Assembly (NCBI GenBank): GCA_030603365.1
Contig: JAUVXV010000010.1
Span: 32,001 to 96,000 of the forward strand
Reading direction: 5' to 3'
From: Candidatus Heimdallarchaeota archaeon
GTDB lineage: Archaea > Asgardarchaeota > Heimdallarchaeia > Heimdallarchaeales > Heimdallarchaeaceae
Length of the DNA stretch: 64,000 nucleotides
Shown here piece after piece: positions 27,924 through 39,005 of this stretch (positions are counted from its first letter, which is position 1; the number at the start of each line of letters is the position of its first letter). The notes beneath the pieces were generated by a model, which was given only the letters and a program-made list of their open reading frames with translations, was not told the DNA's origin and did not search any database. Position numbers and translations under genes: made by a program.

Positions 27924-28979
27924 ATGCAATCCTATCAAGAAGAAATTATTTCTCTTTTTAAGGAATTATTAGAAATACCCTCTCCTTCTGGTCAAGAAGG
28001 TAAGATGGGAGATTTTATTTTTGAGAAGTTAGAATCTTGGGAATTCAATCCTAAGAAAGATCACTCAGGCAATATATTTGTAAAAATCACTGGAGACAGC
28101 TCAGATGTTTCATGCTGTTTAGCTTCTCATATAGATGAAATTGGGTTGATGGTTACTAAAATCAATGATGATGGCACACTTAACGTTGAACGTGTAGGTG
28201 GTTGTCTTCCTTGGAAATTTGGTGAGAGACCTGTTGAAATCTTTGGGAAAGACAAAATAATCAAAGGTTTAACATCTATGGGTTCTGGTCATGGTGGTAG
28301 AAAAGGTGATACACAGATAAAATGGGAAGAGGTAAAAGTAATTACAGGTTACTCTTCTGAGAAACTAAATAGTTTTGGAATTTTAGCTGGTACAAGGATT
28401 CTCCCTCTTCGTTCTGATTGTGGTCCCCATGTTCTAGGTGATGAATCAGATCCACTATTAGCAGCTTGGACATTTGATGATCGTATGGGAGTAGTTACAC
28501 TCTTAAGACTTCTAAAAACTATTAAGGAGGAAAGAATTCAACCCAAGATGGATATATTCATTGCTTTTACTGTCCAAGAAGAAACCAGTTGTTTCGGTGC
28601 CCGTTCCCTTGCACAAAAACTCAAACCTACTTACTTCATAGCTGTTGATGGATGTCCTACAGCTTCCCATTCACCATTAGAAATGGATGAACGTCCTGGA
28701 ATATGGTTAAAAGATCGCAGACAATTTTATAGTGAAGAACTAATAGAAGGTTTAACTAAAGCCGCAACTACAGTTGGAGTTGAGCTTCAACGTGCAATTT
28801 TCACGGGTGCAGCTAGTGATGCAAGTTCTGTTGGTATGACTGGTTTTTCTGATCAACTTGCTACAATTGGTCATGTTCGTAAAAATAGTCATGGTTATGA
28901 AGTAGCATCTTTAGAAGCTTTTGAGAACCTTTTCAAAACTCTTAAAGAATTCATTTCTACTTGGGTTGATAGTAAATAG
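27924..28979 (+). CDS. M42-family aminopeptidase/endoglucanase-like protein
   Basis: PSPSGQE, SHIDEIG, FDDRMG, VQEE, C-terminal H. Confidence 0.85.
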   Translation: MQSYQEEIISLFKELLEIPSPSGQEGKMGDFIFEKLESWEFNPKKDHSGNIFVKITGDSSDVSCCLASHIDEIGLMVTKINDDGTLNVERVGGCLPWKFGERPVEIFGKDKIIKGLTSMGSGHGGRKGDTQIKWEEVKVITGYSSEKLNSFGILAGTRILPLRSDCGPHVLGDESDPLLAAWTFDDRMGVVTLLRLLKTIKEERIQPKMDIFIAFTVQEETSCFGARSLAQKLKPTYFIAVDGCPTASHSPLEMDERPGIWLKDRRQFYSEELIEGLTKAATTVGVELQRAIFTGAASDASSVGMTGFSDQLATIGHVRKNSHGYEVASLEAFENLFKTLKEFISTWVDSK

Positions 28980-29011
28980 AATTTGTAGAAACTATTCTTT
29001 CTACTTTCTGT

Positions 29012-30208
29012 CTATTTTATTTTTGCAAGAGCTTGGTCCATATCCTCTATTAAATCATCGATGTTTTCCAATCCGATTGACATCCGAATCATTGTATCTG
29101 GTATTCCTAGAGCTATTCTCTCATCTTGTGTGAGTTGTTGATGTGTAGTGAAAGCAGGATGTGTTGCTAATGTTTTTGTTGTTCCCAGATGTCCTGTATG
29201 GATAATCAAATCAAAGGCATCTATTACATTTTTAGCATCTGTCAGTTCTCCTTTGGTTACGAATGACATTAACGCACTATAGCCCTTCAACTGCTTCTTT
29301 GCCAGTTCATGTTGAGGATGACTTTTCAATCCTGGATAAAGAACAGATTCTACTTTGGAGTGATTTTCAAGAAATTCAGCCATCGCTTGGGCATTCTCAC
29401 AATGTTTGCTCATTCTAAGACTTAACGTTTCCATGCCTAATAATAACAGCCAACTATTGAATGGGCTAATAGAAGGACCTATGTTTCGATAGTCTTTTTC
29501 TCTCATATTATCAATAAACTCAGCACTTCCAGCAACTACACCCGAGATACAAGATGCGTTTCCGCTTAAATATTTTGTAGCAGAATGAACTATAATGTCT
29601 GCACCCAAGGCAACAGGTTGTTGAAGAGCTGGGGAAGCAACTGTATTATCTACTACTAAAGGCAAATCATGTTCATGAGCTAGTTTTGCTAATGCGGGAA
29701 TATCACCTACAAACAAGTTTGGATTGGAAGGAGATTCAACATACAGAAATTTTGTTTTGTTATTAATTCCTTCAGACCAAACCTCAATATCTGATGAGTC
29801 TGTTACAAAAAATGGTTCAAACCCCATTTTTGGAAAAGTTTCAGTGAACAGTTTGTTTGTTCCACCATAGATTTTATTTGATGTTACAAATCCTTCTCCT
29901 TTTTCCATAAGATGAAGACAAGCCATGAATATTGCTGACATTCCAGATCCGGTTGCAAGTGCTTTTTCTGTTAATTCTACAGCTGCTAATCTTTCTTCAA
30001 ACATTTGATTTGTAGGATTGTCCATACGACCATACATGAAACCCTCTATTTCATATCGGAATAGTTTTGCTGCATATTCAGCACTTTCATACGGATAGGC
30101 TACACTCTGATAAATTGGAGGAGTAATCGTTTTTGTTTCTAGAACATCATGTCCTGTGTGAATACAATGTGTATCAAAACCATATTCTTTATCAGGTTTT
30201 TTAGGCAT
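29012..30208 (-). CDS. Cys/Met-metabolism PLP enzyme (methionine gamma-lyase / sulfhydrylase-like)
   Basis: YGRMDNPT, GSGMSA, ESPSNP, VDNT, HSATKYLSG, SIGLE. Confidence 0.9.
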   Translation of the reverse strand: MPKKPDKEYGFDTHCIHTGHDVLETKTITPPIYQSVAYPYESAEYAAKLFRYEIEGFMYGRMDNPTNQMFEERLAAVELTEKALATGSGMSAIFMACLHLMEKGEGFVTSNKIYGGTNKLFTETFPKMGFEPFFVTDSSDIEVWSEGINNKTKFLYVESPSNPNLFVGDIPALAKLAHEHDLPLVVDNTVASPALQQPVALGADIIVHSATKYLSGNASCISGVVAGSAEFIDNMREKDYRNIGPSISPFNSWLLLLGMETLSLRMSKHCENAQAMAEFLENHSKVESVLYPGLKSHPQHELAKKQLKGYSALMSFVTKGELTDAKNVIDAFDLIIHTGHLGTTKTLATHPAFTTHQQLTQDERIALGIPDTMIRMSIGLENIDDLIEDMDQALAKIK

Positions 30209-30393
30209 GGTTAGATTTTTCTTTTATGAAGTTAAAATCTTTTTCCTAGATTTAACAAAACTCGAAACTCCATCTAAGTGGATAAACCACATCAATATGA
30301 ACTTGCTTTAAATTACCTAAAAAGAGAAAGAAAACAACTCTCTTCTTGAATGCAATCGTATATAAAGAAGAGACTACAAATATTCTCATAAGA

Positions 30394-31626
30394 ATGAGCA
30401 GAATAAAGGGAACAATTGATTTTATTAAGCGATTTTATTTAGAAATAGTAGCAACAATGTTTTTTGTAGCGGCTTCCATAATTTTATGGTTCTATATTGA
30501 TTTCTGGGATTTCATAATAGCAGAAGCTATCATAGTTATTGTTATGGTAATAATCATATTACTTTTGAGGAAAATTGTTGGAAGAATACGCGATAGAGAT
30601 TCAAAATCTGTTGATAGAGCAGATTACTCAGAGTTGACAGCAGAGACAATACATTCAAAATTAGTAAGAAGGGGAGATATTGGGACTATACTACCAGGAT
30701 TTGCTGGACCTTATGGGGGAAGTAGTCCAAGACCTATGATTAGTATGCATGAAATAGAATATGGGGGTCAAACTGATGGTAAAACACTTTTTGGTCAAGT
30801 AAATATTCCCAGAAATGAAATAAAATTAGAGAAATTAAAGAAAATACTGATTAAAGAACAAAAACAATCTCCTTCCTCAGAAGCTAGGAAGCAGGTTGAA
30901 CAGTTACGTATATATGAAACTAGAATATTTGATATAGGAGGATTAAATATCAAAATATTCAACGATGATTGGGGATTGAGCTATTCATTCATTTTTGATA
31001 AAAATAGCCACCACGGAATATTCTTAGGAGCTACATTGGAGAGAAACCAAGATGGAAAAATAGTCATTGAAGGAATTCTAAAGAAATCACAACCATTTTC
31101 TTTATCCATTCATAAAATAGATGATGAAAAGGAGAAATACTCAACAATTATCAATTCCTCTCTTGAGTGGGAGAGTATTCATCAGCAAGCAGATGTTCAG
31201 AAAATGCTTAATGAGATATTTCCATCTATGGAACATCTGATGTTTGATGAGAAATATTTTACTGCAATCTTCAAAAATCTCAATGATTTACAGTTTATTA
31301 TTGAATTAATAGGGAGGATATATCGTGAATTGTTGAAACATGAATTTGGAAAAGTAGATGTTGATGACATTAAATGTTACAAATGTGGAACAATATTAGC
31401 TCCAACCGATAAAGAGTGTTCAAAATGTGGTTCACAAAGACCAACATGCAAAGTATGCTTGCTTGATCTCTATCCTTCTGAAAAGCAAGAAGTTGTTCAA
31501 ACACCCTGCTGTGGAATATACGCTCATAAACTACACATGATTATGTGGTTAGAAAGAACTCAAAAGTGTCCAAATTGTAAAAAAAGACAACTAAAATGGT
31601 TAGATCAACTTAAAGAATCGTTCTAA
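30394..31626 (+). CDS. membrane protein with zinc ribbon and C-terminal RING finger
   Basis: Two N-terminal TM helices; CYKC..CSKC; CKVC...PCC...H..H...W...CPNC. Confidence 0.8.
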   Translation: MSRIKGTIDFIKRFYLEIVATMFFVAASIILWFYIDFWDFIIAEAIIVIVMVIIILLLRKIVGRIRDRDSKSVDRADYSELTAETIHSKLVRRGDIGTILPGFAGPYGGSSPRPMISMHEIEYGGQTDGKTLFGQVNIPRNEIKLEKLKKILIKEQKQSPSSEARKQVEQLRIYETRIFDIGGLNIKIFNDDWGLSYSFIFDKNSHHGIFLGATLERNQDGKIVIEGILKKSQPFSLSIHKIDDEKEKYSTIINSSLEWESIHQQADVQKMLNEIFPSMEHLMFDEKYFTAIFKNLNDLQFIIELIGRIYRELLKHEFGKVDVDDIKCYKCGTILAPTDKECSKCGSQRPTCKVCLLDLYPSEKQEVVQTPCCGIYAHKLHMIMWLERTQKCPNCKKRQLKWLDQLKESF

Positions 31627-31691
31627 CACCCCATAATTCTGTTTTTGAGAGAAACTTTTTAGGACAGAGTTTTTTAAAGATTACGAGAAGT

Positions 31692-33029
31692 ATGTCTTTA
31701 GAAGAAGTTTATCAAGAAATAGAGCATAATAAAGATGCATCGATAAATCTTTTATGTGATTTGCTGAAAATTCCAAGTATAGCTGCGAAGAAAACTGGAG
31801 GACCAGAAGCGATAGAATTTTTGTCAAAAGTTTTTGAAGAAGCAGGATTTAGTTATTTCCTAGCTGAAACAGCAGGTAATCCTGTTTTTTGTGCAGAGAT
31901 GAATGTAGGAGCTAGGAAAACTTTACTGTTCTATGATCATTATGATGTTCAACCAGAAGATCCTGTAGATCTATGGGATTCACCTCCATTTGAACCAACA
32001 ATTAGAGATGGTAAGATATTTGCAAGAGGAGTTTCTGATAACAAAGGAGAAATAATATGCAGACTTCAGGCAATAAAAGCATACAACCATGTTTTCGGGA
32101 AACCTCCTGTTAACATCAAATTTGTTATTGAAGGAGAAGAAGAGGTGGGGTCACCAAACCTTGAAGAGTTCGTGAATAATAACAAGAATTTCATTTCAGA
32201 TGCTGATGGTTGCATCTGGGAATTTGGTGGTAGAGATGGAGATGGGATACAACAAGTGTATCTAGGGGTAAAAGGGATTCTCTATGTTCACCTAAAAACA
32301 AACACTATTGGTAGAGATGTACATAGTGGATATACCCAATTTGTTGACAACGCAGCTTATGAGTTAAGTTGTGCTTTAGCTGCTCTAAAAGATCGAAACG
32401 ACAAAATACAAGTACCAGGTTTTTATGATAACATCCCAGAACCTTCTGAAAAAGATATGAGAATAATCGAGGAATTTGAACTGAAAGAAGATCTTTTCAA
32501 AGAAAATTTTGGAATTGATCATTTTCGATTAAACTTAACAGGCATGGATATGAAAAAGAAATATTTTCTTGAACCTACCTGCAATATCTGTGGGTTATGG
32601 AGTGGATATCAAGGACCAGGTGGAAAAACAGTTACACCAAATGAAGCTTTTGCGAAAGTTGACTTTAGATTAGTTCCAGGTCAAGATCCTAAAGATTTGA
32701 TAGAAAAAATTCGTAAATTCTGGGATGATAATAATTTTCAACACATCGAAATAACTGGTTGGGATGGATACATTGCTGCTCAAACTTCAATTGAAAATCC
32801 TTTTGCTTTGGCAGTTATAAACACTATCAAAGATGTTGAAGGGCATGATCCCGTCATTTGGCCTATGGTTGGTGGTTCAGGACCAATGTATCTTTTCGAA
32901 GGTGTTCCTTGCATATCAATCGGTTGTGGTCACTCCAAAGGCAATGCACATGCACCAAATGAAAATATTTTCATTGATGATTTTGTCATAGGTATGAAAA
33001 CAATAGCAGAACTAATTCATCGGTTCTAA
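31692..33029 (+). CDS. M20-family peptidase/deacylase
   Basis: HYDVQP, RGVSDNKG, EGEEEVGS, AHAPNE. Confidence 0.9.
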   Translation: MSLEEVYQEIEHNKDASINLLCDLLKIPSIAAKKTGGPEAIEFLSKVFEEAGFSYFLAETAGNPVFCAEMNVGARKTLLFYDHYDVQPEDPVDLWDSPPFEPTIRDGKIFARGVSDNKGEIICRLQAIKAYNHVFGKPPVNIKFVIEGEEEVGSPNLEEFVNNNKNFISDADGCIWEFGGRDGDGIQQVYLGVKGILYVHLKTNTIGRDVHSGYTQFVDNAAYELSCALAALKDRNDKIQVPGFYDNIPEPSEKDMRIIEEFELKEDLFKENFGIDHFRLNLTGMDMKKKYFLEPTCNICGLWSGYQGPGGKTVTPNEAFAKVDFRLVPGQDPKDLIEKIRKFWDDNNFQHIEITGWDGYIAAQTSIENPFALAVINTIKDVEGHDPVIWPMVGGSGPMYLFEGVPCISIGCGHSKGNAHAPNENIFIDDFVIGMKTIAELIHRF

Positions 33030-33079
33030 ATTGAATCGGTGCAAACTTTTTTTTATTACTAATACTATCGTTCATTACA

Positions 33080-34483
33080 ATGTGTGATACTGTTGTAGCC
33101 GTTGGTAATTCAACTAAAGACAAAAGCGTAATTTTAGGTAAAAACTCTAACAGATTGCCTAATGAGGCACATAATATAGAATTTGTTAAAGGTAAGAAGC
33201 ATAAAGCAAATTCAAAAGTGAAATGTACTTACATTTCTATTCCTCAAGTTGAACAAACTTTTGATGTCCTCCTACTAAAACCATTTTGGATGTTTGGTTG
33301 TGAAATGGGAGCAAATGAACATGGGGTAACAATAGGTAACGAAGCAGTGTGGAGTAAAGAACCTATCAGAGACACTGGACTATTAGGGATGGATTTGATG
33401 AGATTGGCTCTTGAAAGAACAAAAACAGCTAAAGATGCTTTAACTACAATAACAGATTTATTGGAAAAGCACGGTCAAGGAGGTCAGCATTCATATGGTG
33501 TAGTTGGTAGAGATTATCATAATTCTTACATAATTGCAGATTCTAAAGAAGCGTGGGTTCTAGAAACAGCTGATAAATATTGGATAGCAGAGAAAGTAAA
33601 GGGTATCAGAACTATCTCAAACACCTTATCTATAGGAAGTGAGTATGACTTAATTCATCCAGATCTGGTAAAAAATGCAATCAAAAAAGGTTATACTAAA
33701 TCTAAAGAAGACTTTCACTTTGCAAACGATTTTATCCCTAAATTTAGATTTTATCATGCTCTCAAAGAATCAAGTCCAAGATCACAGTATTTCACAAAAG
33801 GTTTCGACAGACAACAATGTACTACCGCTCTATTACTCAAGAACAAAGGAAAAGTAACTCCTGAGGATGTTATGGCAGTATTAAGAAATCACAATATCCC
33901 TGTGGAAAAGGAAAAAACTTGGTCTGTAGATCAAGCTAAGGCTAGTAGTCCATGTCACCATGCCACTGGAATAACCTTGCCAGACCAATCCATTGGCTCG
34001 TTAGTATCTCACGTTAAGAAAGATATACAAGTACACTGGGTCACCGGATCTGCTGCACCTTGTATTAGTACTTTCAAACCTATTTTCTTCCCCAAACCAG
34101 GACTCAAGAAGAAGCTAAAAACCTCAGATGCGATATTTTATGCAAATACGTTTTGGTGGATGAATGAGAAATTCCAAAGATTAGTTAGTTTAGATTATCA
34201 AAAGCGTCTTAGCACTTTTAGAAAAGAGAGAGATGAATTTGAAGAAAACATTTCAAAACAAGTCCAGAGTATCTTAAAGAAAGTAACTGGAAAACCAACA
34301 GAAGCTAACCTAAAGAAAATGGAAAAAATCACATCTGATGCCTTTTCTAAAAGCATAAAGAATGTTAAGAAATGGACTAAGCAAATTGAGCATTTACCTA
34401 TTGAAGCTAAAACTGGTTTATTTTATAGATCCTACTGGAATAAGCAAAATAAACAAGCTAAGTTGGAACTAAATAGTGCGTAG
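33080..34483 (+). CDS. C69-family dipeptidase / secernin-like protein
   Basis: N-terminal MCDT nucleophile, KNSNR, EMGANEHGV. Confidence 0.88.
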   Translation: MCDTVVAVGNSTKDKSVILGKNSNRLPNEAHNIEFVKGKKHKANSKVKCTYISIPQVEQTFDVLLLKPFWMFGCEMGANEHGVTIGNEAVWSKEPIRDTGLLGMDLMRLALERTKTAKDALTTITDLLEKHGQGGQHSYGVVGRDYHNSYIIADSKEAWVLETADKYWIAEKVKGIRTISNTLSIGSEYDLIHPDLVKNAIKKGYTKSKEDFHFANDFIPKFRFYHALKESSPRSQYFTKGFDRQQCTTALLLKNKGKVTPEDVMAVLRNHNIPVEKEKTWSVDQAKASSPCHHATGITLPDQSIGSLVSHVKKDIQVHWVTGSAAPCISTFKPIFFPKPGLKKKLKTSDAIFYANTFWWMNEKFQRLVSLDYQKRLSTFRKERDEFEENISKQVQSILKKVTGKPTEANLKKMEKITSDAFSKSIKNVKKWTKQIEHLPIEAKTGLFYRSYWNKQNKQAKLELNSA

Positions 34484-34554
34484 ATTCAGTGGTGCCGTTA
34501 TTTTCATCGCATGAAACATGCTCCAACGGTAAAACCTACATCACTATCTACGCA
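34477..34554 (-). ncRNA. candidate box C/D-like (K-turn) small RNA
   Basis: 9-bp terminal stem TGCGTAGAT/ATCTACGCA enclosing box C-like GTGATGT, C'-like GCGATGA and box D CTGA. Confidence 0.5.
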
Positions 34555-34630
34555 AACTTCAGTTATTTTCTAATAAAATAAAGGTATCTTTTACGATAAC
34601 TTTAATTTATGCTTAATTAAAATATCTGTA

Positions 34631-36421
34631 ATGAAAGATGTTATTCAGCAATTCTTAGAAAAAGTATATCAAGAAGCTAAAAGAGTACACAACCTTCAAC
34701 TCCAGTTTGATAGATATCAAACAATGAGTAAAGACCTGATAGATGAGTTTCAATCAGAGTCGTCTGGTTCTACTACTCTAATTGTTTCAGCATTATATAC
34801 TGCCGATTATATTATAACTTCTTCTGACGTTAAGTTTGAGCTTGAAGATTCAGCAAGAAGAAAAGAAATTATTGAATTATGGTCAAAACTTTCTTTGCCC
34901 AAAGAAGATGTATGGCATGAAGTTACACATCTCGTAGCCTTTTCATACCACGTCGCTTCAATTCTTAGGAAAAGATATTATTATCTTCTAGATAGAGGGG
35001 TGGCAAAGCATGTTGCAGCTGCTCTAGTAGCAGATTATTATACAAGGCACCACCTAAAATTTGTTCGTGATAAATTAACATATATCCCATCTTGGTGGGT
35101 TTCTCTTCTCATGGAAACAGCGCTATGTCAAACGATTTTTTCGACTACAAAAAAGAAATGGGAAAGTATGCAAAAAATACTTCAATCAGGAGAATTTGGA
35201 GTAATTGCGCAAATTATCGCTAGGCACTTTGTTGATGAAACAGAAGGTGAACCAAATCCTGCTGTACCTATTCCTTACTTCAATGAATCAACTTTGTTTT
35301 ACTATTTTACTTGGCAAAGTGGAGAGAGTAAAGGTGATAAGTTTGAATCATTACTCCCTATTTTGAAATCTCCTCAATTAGCAAAAGAATTCAGGAAAAC
35401 TACAAAATTGTTAAGTGGTGATTACCCACATCTACTCAAATACATTAGAATGGGAAGTAAACTTGAAACAATGTCATCAGAAATAAACTTCTTTGTTGTA
35501 CATGCTGAGACAGCTAATGCTGAAGGGTGGATTGGTTTACTAAGTCCATTAGATGATATTAACCTACGCGAAATTGAGTCTTTGCTAAAATTAAAACTAG
35601 AAGATATTGCTTCTTTTGAGTCATATAAGAGTGAGTTACCTCAGTTAAGTGTTCTCACAAGAGAAAAAGAGGAAAGAGAGATTGTTGAAGAAAAAATGGA
35701 ACTTGAGGAAAAACCAAAACCAGTTGGATTCTTTGCCAAATTATTCTCAAAATTCAAGAAGAAACAAAAACCAACTTATAAGAAATCATTTGTTAAGAAG
35801 ACCGTACCAATAGATGCTTGGTCTAGGTTAATACTTGATGAGATCTTGCTTATGAGTGTTTCAGGTATAGGTTTTGGTTTGGAAATTTATGATGCTTATC
35901 GTGAGGATGATTTTGTTATCAGCGGTGTGATTGAATCACAACAGAAGCGAGCTCAAACTTCATCGTTCTATGAAGAACCTGAAGTAAAACCAACAACTTT
36001 CTATTCAGAAGCTCCCATTCAGTTCCCAACAGAGTTTTTAGATCCCGTTATTGGGATACTCAACATTGCAAAGAATTTCATATCTATGAGTTATAGAAAA
36101 AAGGTTATTTCAATCATTCCAGAAGAAGCCTTCTTTGAGAACAAAGTTAACCCAGAGGTATTTAGATTAGTAGAATTTATTAAAGGTGAGAAGGTATTAA
36201 TTGGAATTCTTGGTGAAAAACAAGCAATAACTGCTATGACAGTTGCTCAACCTGAACCAACTTATCAAAGACGATCATTAATTCGAAAGGCAAATGAGAT
36301 GATTCATGCAAGAAGAGTCAATAATATTATTGATGCTGGGAAAAGAACCCTTGCGAGGGAAATTAACTGGGATAGTGTCAACAAAAGCTATGAAGATCAA
36401 CCACTGTTTTATGAGGCTTGA
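34631..36421 (+). CDS. hypothetical protein
   Basis: 596-aa ORF with host-like codon usage; no motif recognised. Confidence 0.7.
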   Translation: MKDVIQQFLEKVYQEAKRVHNLQLQFDRYQTMSKDLIDEFQSESSGSTTLIVSALYTADYIITSSDVKFELEDSARRKEIIELWSKLSLPKEDVWHEVTHLVAFSYHVASILRKRYYYLLDRGVAKHVAAALVADYYTRHHLKFVRDKLTYIPSWWVSLLMETALCQTIFSTTKKKWESMQKILQSGEFGVIAQIIARHFVDETEGEPNPAVPIPYFNESTLFYYFTWQSGESKGDKFESLLPILKSPQLAKEFRKTTKLLSGDYPHLLKYIRMGSKLETMSSEINFFVVHAETANAEGWIGLLSPLDDINLREIESLLKLKLEDIASFESYKSELPQLSVLTREKEEREIVEEKMELEEKPKPVGFFAKLFSKFKKKQKPTYKKSFVKKTVPIDAWSRLILDEILLMSVSGIGFGLEIYDAYREDDFVISGVIESQQKRAQTSSFYEEPEVKPTTFYSEAPIQFPTEFLDPVIGILNIAKNFISMSYRKKVISIIPEEAFFENKVNPEVFRLVEFIKGEKVLIGILGEKQAITAMTVAQPEPTYQRRSLIRKANEMIHARRVNNIIDAGKRTLAREINWDSVNKSYEDQPLFYEA

Positions 36422-36545
36422 ATTGTCACTCTTTTTCCTTCTACTTTTTTAATCAAATTGCGGATGAAACTATTAGAAAGTATATATTAATCCAAGGAGC
36501 TATTAATCCAAGGAAAAGTCGAATAGTGGCTAGGGGTTCTAAGGT

Positions 36546-37346
36546 ATGAGAGACCAAGAAAACAATGCTAACCAATTCTTCATGAGAGGACAACAAGGCT
36601 TCAAGGCTGGTAACTACCAGACTTGCATCAAGGACCTCATCTATGCTCAAGAGATTTTTTCTTCAATTGGTATGAAAGAGCAGTCTGCTCACGCTTTATT
36701 TTTAACAGCTCAAGCTTATCAAAACATTTGTCAATACACCCAAGCTAGACAATTTTACGTTCTTGCGTTTAACAGATACAAAGAACTAAACAATCTTCAC
36801 AAAATAGGTGAATGTACATTGGTTCTAGGAATCATCTATCGTGAAGAAGGAGATTTTAAGAAAAGTAAACAAAGCCTTGCAGAAGCTATAGAGGTATTTA
36901 CTACCTTGAATGATTTTGAGAAACTTGCCGACTCATGGAGAATACTAGCTCTAACATACCAAATAGATTTGAATCAGTATTCTGAACATCCTATGCATTC
37001 AATAAGTGCATATCGAAAAGCCATTCTTCTTTACAAGAAAATCAAACAACTGGAGAAGAAAGCAGAGACCGAACACGATTTGGGTCACATTCTAATTTCA
37101 CAATCTAAATATCATGATGCTCTTGAAGTGTTTCAAGATGCATTGAATTACTATAAAAAGCAAAATGATAAAGAACAGATCATACCTATTTCTATTCTAA
37201 TTGGTCGCATTTATTTTGAGTTGGGAAAGAAGCCAAAAGCAAAAGATTACATGCATAAAGCTATTAATGAAATGAAAAAATACGATTACTCTCCAGAGAA
37301 AATAAATCTACTAAAGCAATCAATAATAGCTATGTTTAGCAGTTAG
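36546..37346 (+). CDS. tetratricopeptide-repeat protein
   Basis: Repeated TPR-like helical pairs (A...LG..Y...G...A). Confidence 0.8.
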   Translation: MRDQENNANQFFMRGQQGFKAGNYQTCIKDLIYAQEIFSSIGMKEQSAHALFLTAQAYQNICQYTQARQFYVLAFNRYKELNNLHKIGECTLVLGIIYREEGDFKKSKQSLAEAIEVFTTLNDFEKLADSWRILALTYQIDLNQYSEHPMHSISAYRKAILLYKKIKQLEKKAETEHDLGHILISQSKYHDALEVFQDALNYYKKQNDKEQIIPISILIGRIYFELGKKPKAKDYMHKAINEMKKYDYSPEKINLLKQSIIAMFSS

Positions 37347-37352
37347 TTCTAC

Positions 37353-38942
37353 CTACTTAAACGTTCGAATAAATGTAGTATTTATTTCATCAGTTATAAC
37401 TAGGATTTCTATTTTCTTGAATTTTTGAGGGGCACGGATGAGATTGTTCAAAAACTCCATGTCATAAGCCTCTATGTGTTTTTGTGATTTTAGTGAAGGA
37501 GGTATTATATGTCCTATTATTTGAAAACCAGAAAATACTTTCTTCTTTTTCTTCAGTTCTTTTTCATTCATAGTTGTTCCAACAAAGAGTAGAGATTCTA
37601 ATTCATCACTAATACTAATGGTATTTACTACGAAAAGTTCGAGATTTTCTAGAATATCTTCTCTAGCATTCGAATATCTGAATTGAGTTATATTTCTTTG
37701 AATTTCATACCGATCTTTGATACTAGGCAGAAGGGAATCTTTAATGAATTCTGTACTAATACCAAAAGCAGCATCAGAGTCTTTTACAGCATTGGTAAAA
37801 GAAATAAAATTTCCAGCTTCTGAAGCTAGGTTATCAGTATTAGTCTTTATTCCTAGATTCTTCAACATTTGTGTTGTTTGTGGTGAGGATTGCAAATCAT
37901 ATAGCATTGAAACTCCCAACAACAAAGAAAGAGTGTAGGCATAGTTTTTCTTTATTTTTCTTTGGTTATCATCTTTAGTATATTGTATAAAATCCATTGC
38001 TCTTTCGAAGAAAATTAATGCATATTGATAATCTTTGTAATCTGAAATGCCACTTGCTAAAGCTGAATAGAAAATCGATTTTTTGCTATTGCTAAGCTTA
38101 TCAATGAATGAATCTATTACCTTTAAAGAAGGTTCTACAACTTTCTGTGACAGTTTCAAGAAACTAGCTAAAATTGAAATTCGTCTTGTTGCTTCAAAAT
38201 CATTCTTGAATTGTTTGATTGTTTTTATAACAACTTTAACTCCTTTTAATATGGTTTCGTGATACTTCTCGACAGCCACTAAACCAGGATTTTCTGAAAA
38301 AACTTGTAGAAAATAATCTGTTGGCATCACTAATTTGTTATCTGGAAAGGGTTTTGTGATAATGACTTCCATTATCTCTTTACAATAATCAGCTGCTTTG
38401 TTGAAATCTTCTTTAAAATAGTGCATTAATCCAATATTTACATTACAAAAAACAATATTATCATAAAAATCATTTGCTTCCGAAATCTCCTTTGATTTTA
38501 ACAAGTATCCCATTGCTTTATCTTTTCCAATGGTTCGATGTATAACAAAAAGCATGTTAAAAACCCTAGTCTGTAATCTTGGATCATTTAACCTATTTGC
38601 AATTGAATTAGCTTTATTAACAGATTTCTTAGCTCCCTCGTAATCATTAGCTAAGAGGAAGGAATCAGCTAAAGTCAAATAAAAAAAAGCATCTAAACGA
38701 TCATTTACCTTAGGTAGTAACGGTTTAATATGTTTTAGAATGATTAAAGCTTCTTTTCTCTTTTCTTGGTTAATCAGTTTCTTACATTCTACGAGCATAT
38801 ATTCGACAAAATTGTCAATGGAAAGACTAGTACTCAACTCTAGACGTGTAAGCATTTCTTTATACTTGTTTGCATCGTCAACAAGGGTGACTAGTTCTTG
38901 TGGTTTCTTTGACTTCAAGTAGTTATGTAAAATAACTGTCAT
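37353..38942 (-). CDS. TPR-like helical protein
   Basis: TPR-like N-terminal half (NIGLMHYFKEDFNKAADY). Confidence 0.7.
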   Translation of the reverse strand: MTVILHNYLKSKKPQELVTLVDDANKYKEMLTRLELSTSLSIDNFVEYMLVECKKLINQEKRKEALIILKHIKPLLPKVNDRLDAFFYLTLADSFLLANDYEGAKKSVNKANSIANRLNDPRLQTRVFNMLFVIHRTIGKDKAMGYLLKSKEISEANDFYDNIVFCNVNIGLMHYFKEDFNKAADYCKEIMEVIITKPFPDNKLVMPTDYFLQVFSENPGLVAVEKYHETILKGVKVVIKTIKQFKNDFEATRRISILASFLKLSQKVVEPSLKVIDSFIDKLSNSKKSIFYSALASGISDYKDYQYALIFFERAMDFIQYTKDDNQRKIKKNYAYTLSLLLGVSMLYDLQSSPQTTQMLKNLGIKTNTDNLASEAGNFISFTNAVKDSDAAFGISTEFIKDSLLPSIKDRYEIQRNITQFRYSNAREDILENLELFVVNTISISDELESLLFVGTTMNEKELKKKKKVFSGFQIIGHIIPPSLKSQKHIEAYDMEFLNNLIRAPQKFKKIEILVITDEINTTFIRTFK

Positions 38943-39005
38943 TGTTGGTAAGAAAAATAGAATAAATAAATCTGTTTTGTTTAAAGGCTGAAAAATAGGA
39001 AAAAT

